Part shown: positions 1-7,116 of the stretch, in pieces
Layout of the letters: each line of letters begins with the position of its first letter
Position numbering within the stretch: the first letter of the stretch is position 1
NCBI GenBank assembly: GCA_050012475.1
Contig: JBEKHC010000102.1
Coordinates: 1 to 17,084 of the forward strand
Origin: Candidatus Velthaea sp.
GTDB lineage: Bacteria > Vulcanimicrobiota > Vulcanimicrobiia > Vulcanimicrobiales > Vulcanimicrobiaceae
Reading direction: 5' to 3'
Length of the DNA: 17,084 bases
Notes under the pieces: model-generated
Told to the model about the DNA's origin: nothing
The model's input: only the letters and a program-made list of their open reading frames with translations
Databases searched by the model: none
Position numbers and translations under genes: made by a program

Positions 1-54
1 TCGGCTCCGCCGCTGGGTATACCCTCATGGGTGCTCGGTACGCCCAAACCGTCC

Positions 55-240
55 GGCTTGCGGCGTAGCCGCAAGCGCCAGCGCGACTTGCGGCCCAGCC
101 GCAAACGCCACCGCGACTTGCGGCTCAGCCGTAAACGCCACCTTGGCTTGCGGCACCGCGCAAACGCTGCCGCCGCTTGCGGCGCAGCCGTACGCGCTAC
201 CAAGGAGCCGTAACACCAGCGCGGCTTGCGGCGCAGCCGA
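55..240. repeat. Degenerate array of REP-like hairpin repeats (core CTTGCGGC-NNA-GCCGCAA), about 6 copies
   Basis: CTTGCGGC occurs at 57, 87, 117, 147, 176 and 225, the first four at an exact 30-bp period. Best copy: GCTTGCGGCGTAGCCGCAAGC (56-76). Same unit as 6142-6228. Lies immediately 3' of the minus-strand gene ending at 250. Confidence 0.9.
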
Positions 241-249
241 GTCCGGCTG

Positions 250-1041
250 CTATGCGCGAAGCAAGAACGGCCGCAGCGCGCGCATGAAGTCGCCGAAACG
301 GGCGTCGGTTTGCGCGTTCGATTCCAGCTGTGTGTAGACGACGATCGCGTAGCGTTCGCCCGACGCGAGCGTCAAGATTCCGCCGTCGTGCGAAACTTCG
401 TCGGTGTCGCCGGTCTTGTGCGCGAAGCGGTCGCCCGGGGCGAGCCCGCTCGAGAGCTTCGTATTCCAAACTTGAGCCGACAGGGACCGGGTGATGCGCG
501 CTGCTCCGGGGACGTCCCGGCGGGCGATGCGCGAGAAGAGCTCACACGCTTCATCCGCCGGGTGGGCATTGCGGCCGTTTGCCTCAGGATCCTCGATCAG
601 CGGGAGCGCGCCGGACAATTTGCGGCGAATTGCGGTCGCGGGAAAGCCGAGCGCGGCCAGATCGGCGGTGGCGCGGCGGCGGTCCAGGCACTCGATGAGC
701 ATGTTCGTCGCGACGTTGTCCGAGCGGCTGAGCATGAGCGCGACCAGCTTCCCCAAGGTCGCAGACGCCCCCGGGACCAACGGTGACGGCGCGTCGTTGG
801 CCGTCATGTTGCTCGGTTCGACCACCAGCCGCTGCGACCAAGCGAAGCGCCCCTGGGTGACGGCAACTGCCGCGGCGATGGCGAGCGGGGTCTTGATCAT
901 GCTTGCCGGGTAGGGAGCGACCTTCGTTTCAACTGGAAAGGAGCGGCGAGCGTTCGAGTCGAGATCGGCCAGCTCGACCGCGGCTTCGCCAAGCCCCGCT
1001 TCTGCCGCGCAGCGGCCCAGGTGCTCCGGCATGATCAGCAC
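250..1041 (-). CDS. Class A beta-lactamase-related serine hydrolase (Beta-lactamase2 / PBP-A-like)
   Basis: Motifs PASMIK (SxxK), SDN and HKTG...SHDGG in class A spacing. No signal peptide. Start is GTG 1041 or ATG 1032. Confidence 0.88.
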   Translation of the reverse strand: MLIMPEHLGRCAAEAGLGEAAVELADLDSNARRSFPVETKVAPYPASMIKTPLAIAAAVAVTQGRFAWSQRLVVEPSNMTANDAPSPLVPGASATLGKLVALMLSRSDNVATNMLIECLDRRRATADLAALGFPATAIRRKLSGALPLIEDPEANGRNAHPADEACELFSRIARRDVPGAARITRSLSAQVWNTKLSSGLAPGDRFAHKTGDTDEVSHDGGILTLASGERYAIVVYTQLESNAQTDARFGDFMRALRPFLLRA

Positions 1042-1065
1042 GGAGTTTCGGAAGCCCGATCCCTG

Positions 1066-1085
1066 ATGCGTGTGGGTACTTGCAT
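1066..1085. promoter_or_regulatory. Putative TetR operator 1 (ATGCGTGTGGGTACTTGCAT)
   Basis: Imperfect 20-bp palindrome. Its reverse complement matches 1112-1131 at 17/20 positions. Overlaps the -35 box. Confidence 0.7.
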
Positions 1086-1108
1086 TATCTCGCGAACCCC
1101 GCTATACT
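1080..1108 (+). promoter_or_regulatory. Sigma70-type promoter TTGCAT-N17-TATACT
   Basis: -35 TTGCAT at 1080-1085, 17-bp spacer, -10 TATACT at 1103-1108. AGGA SD-like sequence at 1135-1138 before ATG 1152. Confidence 0.75.
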
Positions 1109-1111
1109 TTG

Positions 1112-1131
1112 ATGCAAGCACTTACACGCAT
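1112..1131. promoter_or_regulatory. Putative TetR operator 2 (ATGCAAGCACTTACACGCAT)
   Basis: Inverted copy of 1066-1085, covering the expected transcription start of an operon that contains a TetR gene. Confidence 0.7.
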
Positions 1132-1151
1132 TCTAGGAAAAGTCGCAGCAT

Positions 1152-2168
1152 ATGCCAATCGAGGAAGCCGTTCCAACGCTTCGATTTGAACAAGATGGAG
1201 AGGCGGCGCGCCACGAGATTGCCGCCTTGGTCGAGAGTTTGGCTCGCAGTAACCGTGAGAACCCCCGGCTGCGGGTGGTTATCGCCGGAGCGACGCTCTC
1301 GGCCGAAACGATCTCAACACTGATTACGGCGTTGCGCAAATTTCGCGAGCTGGGTGGCGCTATCGAGTTGCGGGGCGAGAGCGACGGCGTTCGGGCAGTC
1401 ATCGTGCTCAATGGTTTGGACCGCGTGTTCGCCTTTCCGCTGCTGCCGGAGGATGAAGCAAATCAGCCGCGCCGGCTGCCGCGCAAACGCAACGGGATCG
1501 GTCGGGCGGTACGGGCTGCCGCCGCGATGCTGGCGTTTCTCATCGGCTTGCCGGGTCTGGCTTCTCCGGCCCGTGCCGCTGTGGCCGACACCACCGATCC
1601 CAACGTGATCTTGGCACGGGTCATCGAACGCAACCCGAATCTTTCGTCGTATCAATCGCGGCTGCACGTCGATATTCGGCTAATCTCGTTTCCTTTCATC
1701 GGGCAGCATCTCGACGGCTCGACCTATTTCAAACGGCCGGCGAACTATGAGGTCGTGTTCGACCGGGTTCCCTCGTACGCCAAGGGTTTTGAAAAGCTTT
1801 ATAGCGACGTCGGCGATCCGTCGAACTGGGGTGGGCGATTTTATATCTCCTACGTTGGCGAACAGACGTTCGAGCAGCGCACCGATATCGTGCTGCACAT
1901 GGTGCAGCGCGTGCGTGGCATGATCGACCACGAAACGGTGATGATCGATCCGAACGCCTGGACCATCGATCAGATCCGTTACGATTATTACAACGGTGGC
2001 GTCATTACGATGACCCAGCATTTTACTGAGATCGGCGGCTACACGATGCTCAGCGCGCAAACCGCCGATATTAAAATACCGCACGTGCGCGCCGTAGCGA
2101 ACGGCACGTACACGGACTATCAGACGAACGTCGCGATCTCCGACGCCGTCTTCACGAAGAAGAATTAA
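1152..2168 (+). CDS. Fusion protein: N-terminal STAS-like domain, internal signal peptide, LolA-like (lipoprotein-sorting fold) domain
   Basis: aa ~49-93 LSAETISTLITALRKFRELGGAIELRGESDGVRAVIVLNGLDRVF follow the STAS pattern. aa 107-142 show basic n-region, hydrophobic h-region and ARA cleavage motif. The C-terminal domain has YFKRP and ends YQTNVAISDAVF, as in LolA-like proteins. Confidence 0.75.
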   Translation: MPIEEAVPTLRFEQDGEAARHEIAALVESLARSNRENPRLRVVIAGATLSAETISTLITALRKFRELGGAIELRGESDGVRAVIVLNGLDRVFAFPLLPEDEANQPRRLPRKRNGIGRAVRAAAAMLAFLIGLPGLASPARAAVADTTDPNVILARVIERNPNLSSYQSRLHVDIRLISFPFIGQHLDGSTYFKRPANYEVVFDRVPSYAKGFEKLYSDVGDPSNWGGRFYISYVGEQTFEQRTDIVLHMVQRVRGMIDHETVMIDPNAWTIDQIRYDYYNGGVITMTQHFTEIGGYTMLSAQTADIKIPHVRAVANGTYTDYQTNVAISDAVFTKKN

Positions 2169-2764
2169 TGCAGACAACGGCTCGCCCCGGCTCCTCCGCG
2201 GAAGATACCCGCGCGCGAATCCTCGCCGCGGCCAAAGCGATTTACGAGCAGAATGGTACTCGCGGCACCACGACACGCGAGGTTGCCGAGCGGGCCGGGG
2301 TGAACGAGGCGACGCTTTTCCGGCATTTTGGCAACAAGCACGCGCTGTTGCAGGCGATGCGCGAGAGCGCTTGCCCGCTGGCCGTCTTCGAGAGCGTGTT
2401 GGCCTCGCTCAGCGGTGATTTGGCCGCCAATTTGCGGACCATCGCGCAGTCGATGATCGAAACCATGCACGCCCGGCGTGCCCTCATGTGCATCTCGCTG
2501 GCGGAGGACGCCCAAGCCGAGAGCATGCCCGAGTGGCGCGGGCCGATGGAGATCATGCAGCGCTTGGAGGGCTTTTTCGCCGAGCAGATCCGCTTGGGGC
2601 AAATTCATGGGGACGCTCACCGACTAGCTGCCTATTTTATGGGGATGTGTTTCTCATACGTGATCGCGCGTAAGATTTGGGATTCGTACAGCATCAAAGA
2701 AGCCGATTTGGACTGTATGGTCGATATTTTCCTGAACGGAGTGAAAAGTGGAATCCCGTACTGA
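2168..2764 (+). CDS. TetR/AcrR family transcriptional regulator
   Basis: TRARILAAAKAIYEQNGTRGTTTREVAERAGVNEATLFRHFGNK helix-turn-helix. TAATG overlap with the upstream gene. Confidence 0.96.
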   Translation: MQTTARPGSSAEDTRARILAAAKAIYEQNGTRGTTTREVAERAGVNEATLFRHFGNKHALLQAMRESACPLAVFESVLASLSGDLAANLRTIAQSMIETMHARRALMCISLAEDAQAESMPEWRGPMEIMQRLEGFFAEQIRLGQIHGDAHRLAAYFMGMCFSYVIARKIWDSYSIKEADLDCMVDIFLNGVKSGIPY

Positions 2765-4145
2765 AGCACCGCCCAAGCCGGCCGGAGCGCCTGACGCTCG
2801 CGGCGCATCGGGCGCTCCGGTTGCTGAAGAGCCCTCCACGACGTCACGCCGGCGGCCCCCCGTCTGGCTGCTCGTCGTCATCGGCATCCTGGTCATCGCC
2901 GGTTTGATCTACGGCATCAAGTTCTTGATCTACGCGCTCGGTCACGAATCGACCGACGACGCGCGGGTCGATGCCGACACGGTGGCGATCACGAGCAAAA
3001 TCGGCGAGCGGGTCGACCGCGTTCTGGTGGACACCAACCAAGCCGTGACCAAGGGCCAAGTGCTGGTAGAGCTTGACGCCGTCGATGAGCGCTCGCGCTT
3101 GACGGCGGCGGTCGCCAATCGCCAGGCGCAACTCGCGCAGGCTCGCGCGGCACAAACGAACGTCGAGCTGACCACGGCGACCCAAGCGGCGCAGAATCAA
3201 CAAAACAGCGGTGAGATCGCGTCGGCCCAGGCGGCCATTCTCAACGCGTCCGCGTCGGCGACGTCGGCTCAAGAGCAGGTCGCCGCCGCCAAAGCCGCCG
3301 TAGCGCAGGCCCAAGCGCAGCTGCGGGTCGCGCAATCCAACGTCCCGAGCGCCCGTGAAGGGCTGGTGCGCGCGAACGCGGATCTCAACCGCACGACCGC
3401 GCTGGTCCGGACCGGCGACTTGGCGCAGCAGACGCTCGACGCCGATCGGGCGTTACAAGCCCAGGCGCAAGCGCAGTACCGTTCGGCGATCGACACCGTT
3501 TCCGCCGCGGAGACGGCGGTGACCCAGGCCCAGGCCCGCTATACGGCGGCCATCGCCAGCGCGAACGCAGCCGAAGCAGGCATCGGGTCGCAGCGCGGGC
3601 AGTTGACCACGGCGCAAGGCCGCTATGACGAGTCGAGCACGCCCTTCAAAATCGGCGCCGAAGAGGCGCAATACGCCGCCGCGCAGGCACAAGTGAAGTC
3701 GCTGGACGCGCAAGTCCGCACCGCGCAGGATCAACTCGGCTACACCGTCATTCGATCGCCCATCGACGGCTACGTCGGCGCCAAGAACATCGAGATCGGT
3801 GCCACCGTCGCGCCCGGGCAATCGCTGCTCGACATCGTCCCTCGCTACGGAACGTACATCACGGCCAATTACAAAGAAACGCAGCTGGGCAAGATCCGCG
3901 TCGGCCAAGACGTCGATATCAAAGTGGATGCTTACAAGGGCACGACGTTCCATGGCAAGGTCCAGACGATCGCCCCGGCTTCGCAAAATACATTCAGCCT
4001 CGTTCCGGCGCAAAATGCCACCGGCAACTTCGTCAAGGTGACGCAGCGACTGCCGATTCGCATCATCGTGACGGATCCGCCGGCCGCCATGCCGCTGCGC
4101 GTCGGCATGTCGGTCGAGACGTACGTGGATACCAAGTCACAATAA
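2748..4145 (+). CDS. emrA: EmrA/HlyD-family periplasmic adaptor (membrane fusion protein)
   Basis: N-terminal TM, ESTDDARV, long Ala/Gln coiled coil, and the PAQNATGNFVKVTQRLPIRI EmrA signature. GTG start after GGAG, overlapping the tetR end by 17 bp. Confidence 0.92.
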   Translation: MESRTEAPPKPAGAPDARGASGAPVAEEPSTTSRRRPPVWLLVVIGILVIAGLIYGIKFLIYALGHESTDDARVDADTVAITSKIGERVDRVLVDTNQAVTKGQVLVELDAVDERSRLTAAVANRQAQLAQARAAQTNVELTTATQAAQNQQNSGEIASAQAAILNASASATSAQEQVAAAKAAVAQAQAQLRVAQSNVPSAREGLVRANADLNRTTALVRTGDLAQQTLDADRALQAQAQAQYRSAIDTVSAAETAVTQAQARYTAAIASANAAEAGIGSQRGQLTTAQGRYDESSTPFKIGAEEAQYAAAQAQVKSLDAQVRTAQDQLGYTVIRSPIDGYVGAKNIEIGATVAPGQSLLDIVPRYGTYITANYKETQLGKIRVGQDVDIKVDAYKGTTFHGKVQTIAPASQNTFSLVPAQNATGNFVKVTQRLPIRIIVTDPPAAMPLRVGMSVETYVDTKSQ

Positions 4146-4188
4146 CGTTTGCGCGCGCCCCGGTCTGCGTCACCTAGAGGAGCACTGC

Positions 4189-6135
4189 GTGCATTCCCGA
4201 CTCCTTTGCCTTGCATTGAGTTCGATCGTCGTAGCGACGAGCGCCCAAGCCGCGAGCGCAAGACAACCACAACCGCAATCATCCTCCCCCGCCACGATGC
4301 GCTCGCCGTCTCCGGCGACGATGCAATCGGCGCCGCCGGGAACGCCCGGCGCCGCGCAGTCCGGTGCCGCGGGCTTGCCGCCGCCGCCGGTGCCGCCAGT
4401 GTTGCCGCCGGTGCCGAATGTCGCTCCCGGCTATTCGGCTCCCGCCAACGGTCCGCTGCCGACCGGCGCGCTCGTCGGCTTGAACGCCGAGCCGTTCGTC
4501 GGCATCGCGCTCGACGATGCCATTGGAATGGCGCTGGGCCGCAATACGGATCTTGCGATCGCGCAGTCGAATCAGCGCATCGCAAATTACCAAATCATCG
4601 CCGCGCGCGGTGCCTACGACGTCAAGTTTCAGCTTGCGCCGCAGTATCAGCATAGTTCGACGGCGGCGGTGAGTTCGTTTGAGTCCGGACCAGGCGGCGG
4701 ACCCGTCGTGCAGGACACGGCCGGCGCGACGGCCGGTTTCAACGGTGAGTTGCGCGGCGGACAGCATTACAGCATCAGCGCAAATCAGCAATACGTGAAC
4801 TCGAACGCGACGATCAACAGCTACAACCCGTTTTATACGACGGCGCTCAGCTTTAATTTCTCCCAACCGTTGGGCCGCGGCACCGGAACCAACGAAACCC
4901 GGCGCCAATTCGAGCTTTCGCTGGCGAACGCCCAAGCCAATCGCGCTCAGGCGCTCACGTCCGTCTCGCAGACGATCACCAATGTCTCGAACACGTATTG
5001 GAATCTCGTCGCGGCTTGGCGCAATGTCGGCATTCAAGAAGAAGGGCTGCGTCAAGCGCAAGCACAGGCGCAGTCCAATGCGCGGCTGGCCGCTCGCGGC
5101 GCGGTCGCGCCAGTTGACATCGTCGAATCGCAAACCCAAGTCAACGTTTTTCAAGACAACGTCTTCGCGGCGCTGGCGAACGTCCAGCGCTTGCAGACGC
5201 AGCTCAAGCAATTGATTTTGGCCAATCCGGGCGATCCGGTGTGGGTCGCCAACCTGGTGCCCACGTCGCCGGTCATCTCGCTGCCGGCCGAACCCGACCT
5301 CGATGCGCTGATCGTTTCGGCGCTCAAGAACCGGCCGGAAGTTGCGCAGCTGCGCGCCCAGCGCGATTCGGCAACGACGAACCTCGCCTATGCCAAGGAT
5401 CAACTCAAGCCCCAGGTCGATCTCAATCTCGGCTACGCATCCAACGGGTTTGCGGGTTTCTCGACCAATCCGACCGGAAATCCGATCTTTGCGCTCCTGG
5501 GTGAAGAAACTGCCGCAATCAACGAATTGCTTGCGCTCGCCGGCAATCCGCTGCCGGCGCTGCCGACCGGGTTCGGGACCAATCCGGCCTATCAAGTCGG
5601 CGGTTTGGGGCAGGCCTGGAAAAACACGCTCGACAATCGGTTTCCGACCTACACCATCGGGGTGACGTTTACGGTTCCGCTGGGCAATCGAACCGCCAAA
5701 GCGGAGTATCAAATTTCGCGCGAACAGGCCAAGCAAGTTGGCATCGAAGAGATCGCGCTGCTCGAACGGCTGCGGGCCGAAGCCGTCAATGCGATTCAGC
5801 AATTTCGCGAGACGCAATACCGTCTCGTCGCCGCAAGCCGCGCGCGCAGGGCGTCGGAGCGGGTGCTACTCGCCGAGCAGCGCCGCTTCAACGTCGGCAG
5901 TTCGACGACGTTCTTGGTGCTGCAGCGTCAGCTCGACGTCGCCAATAACCGCGGCCGCGAGTTACAAGCGCAGACCGACCTGAATAACGCGGTCGTCGAA
6001 CTCAACCGCGTCGGCGGCACGGTGTTCTCGACGTACCACATCGACGCGTCGGCGCTGGGAGCGCAAACGCTCGACGCGGCATCGCCGGACAAGACGCTGC
6101 TGCCCCCCGCATCTCCAACCGAGCCCAAGAAGTAA
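4189..6135 (+). CDS. TolC-family outer membrane efflux protein
   Basis: Signal peptide (SAQA), Pro-rich linker, and OEP motifs LDDAIGMALGRN, ALKNRPEV, LKPQVDL, EQRRFNVGSSTTFLVLQRQ. SD AGAGGAG before the GTG start. Confidence 0.93.
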   Translation: MHSRLLCLALSSIVVATSAQAASARQPQPQSSSPATMRSPSPATMQSAPPGTPGAAQSGAAGLPPPPVPPVLPPVPNVAPGYSAPANGPLPTGALVGLNAEPFVGIALDDAIGMALGRNTDLAIAQSNQRIANYQIIAARGAYDVKFQLAPQYQHSSTAAVSSFESGPGGGPVVQDTAGATAGFNGELRGGQHYSISANQQYVNSNATINSYNPFYTTALSFNFSQPLGRGTGTNETRRQFELSLANAQANRAQALTSVSQTITNVSNTYWNLVAAWRNVGIQEEGLRQAQAQAQSNARLAARGAVAPVDIVESQTQVNVFQDNVFAALANVQRLQTQLKQLILANPGDPVWVANLVPTSPVISLPAEPDLDALIVSALKNRPEVAQLRAQRDSATTNLAYAKDQLKPQVDLNLGYASNGFAGFSTNPTGNPIFALLGEETAAINELLALAGNPLPALPTGFGTNPAYQVGGLGQAWKNTLDNRFPTYTIGVTFTVPLGNRTAKAEYQISREQAKQVGIEEIALLERLRAEAVNAIQQFRETQYRLVAASRARRASERVLLAEQRRFNVGSSTTFLVLQRQLDVANNRGRELQAQTDLNNAVVELNRVGGTVFSTYHIDASALGAQTLDAASPDKTLLPPASPTEPKK

Positions 6136-6141
6136 CATCGC

Positions 6142-6228
6142 CGCGGCTTGCGGCGCAGCCGCAAACGCCACGCGGCTTGCGGCGCAGCCGCAAACGCCAC
6201 GCGGCTTGCGGCGCAGCCGCAAACGCCA
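6142..6228. repeat. Three perfect tandem 29-bp REP-like hairpin repeats (CGCGGCTTGCGGCGCAGCCGCAAACGCCA)
   Basis: Identical units at 6142-6170, 6171-6199 and 6200-6228, each containing TTGCGGC-GCA-GCCGCAA. They fill the gap between the convergent tolC and pgl stop codons. Confidence 0.97.
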
Positions 6229-6233
6229 CGGGT

Positions 6234-6983
6234 TCAGCGAAGCTGAACCCTGCTGCCCGCGAGCTGCGCCGCAGCCGCAGCGTCGACGAGCCAGGCGAGG
6301 TCGCCGGTTATGGGGGCGATGAGCTGGGCGGGAAAGCGGTCGGGTTCGTGTGGTCCCTCGAGAACGGCGGCGAGGGCTTGGGCTTTTTCGGCCCCGGCCG
6401 CCGTGATGGTGACGTGCCGGGCCGCGTTGAGCACGCGCGGCGTGAGGGTCACGCGGTAGCTGTTGAATTTCGGGACGAAGTTGGCGACCGCGAGGGCGCG
6501 ACCGTCGATCGAGGCGATCGTACCGGGGAAGAGCGAAGCGGTGTGTCCGTCCGGACCCATGCCGAGGTACACCAGATCGAAAACCGGCGCGTCGCCGAGC
6601 GTGTTCTTTAGCGTGGCGTCGTATGCTGCGGCGGCCGCGTGCGGTTCGACTTCGCCGCGTACGCGCTCGATCTGCGCGTCGGCGATGCCGAGCGGGGCGA
6701 AAAGCGTCTCACGCGTCATGCGATAGTTCGAGTCCGGATGATCCGGCGGCACGCAGCGTTCGTCGCCGAAGTAGAAGCGCAGTTTCGTCCAGTCCAGGCG
6801 CTCACGTCGCGGGCTGGCGGCGAGCCGGGCGTTCATGGCGCGCGGGGTCGAACCGCCGGCCAACGCCACGGCCGCCGAGCCGCGCGCCGCGATCGCGGCT
6901 CCGGCTAGGTCGATGAAGCGATCCGCGGCAGAGTCGGCAAGGGCATCCGCGTCGCGCAGAACGGTCAGAGATCGATCGGCCAT
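6234..6983 (-). CDS. pgl: 6-phosphogluconolactonase
   Basis: Motifs LAGGSTP, FGDERCVPPDHPDSNY, LGMGPDGHTASLFP and RVTLT. Confidence 0.97.
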   Translation of the reverse strand: MADRSLTVLRDADALADSAADRFIDLAGAAIAARGSAAVALAGGSTPRAMNARLAASPRRERLDWTKLRFYFGDERCVPPDHPDSNYRMTRETLFAPLGIADAQIERVRGEVEPHAAAAAYDATLKNTLGDAPVFDLVYLGMGPDGHTASLFPGTIASIDGRALAVANFVPKFNSYRVTLTPRVLNAARHVTITAAGAEKAQALAAVLEGPHEPDRFPAQLIAPITGDLAWLVDAAAAAQLAGSRVQLR

Positions 6984-7116
6984 AGCAGCCGCTTTCCCAG
7001 CATCGCCGGTCGTTTACCGCCTGCCGCCGGATTCGTTTGCGCTGGCTGCAACCGAGCCCCGGCGAGCGATGATTCGGTGCGGCGAATCGTGAAGGCGGCG
7101 CGTCCCGCGCCGGTCG

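Noticed and set aside
15..33. GGGTATACCC palindrome and CsoR-like TACCC-N4-GGGTG
   Set aside because: Short, at the window edge, with no visible target gene; cannot be distinguished from chance.
25..216. Short repetitive ORFs 31..213 (+, Arg-rich) and 25..216 (-)
   Set aside because: They are translations of the 30-bp DNA repeat. The same unit has a 29-bp period elsewhere, so reading frame is not conserved.
1467..1500. Tat signal in the STAS-LolA protein (QPRRLPRKR)
   Set aside because: Lacks the S/T-R-R-x-F-L consensus; treated as a basic n-region.
4279..5817. 512-aa antisense ORF, plus similar long shadow ORFs (14884..16341, 13332..14294, 11651..12448)
   Set aside because: They overlap well-supported genes, show no motifs, and are expected from codon bias in high-GC DNA.
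6142..6228. CRISPR array (palindromic ~29-30 bp repeats, also at 55-240)
   Set aside because: Units are head-to-tail with no unique spacers, and there are no cas genes or leader.
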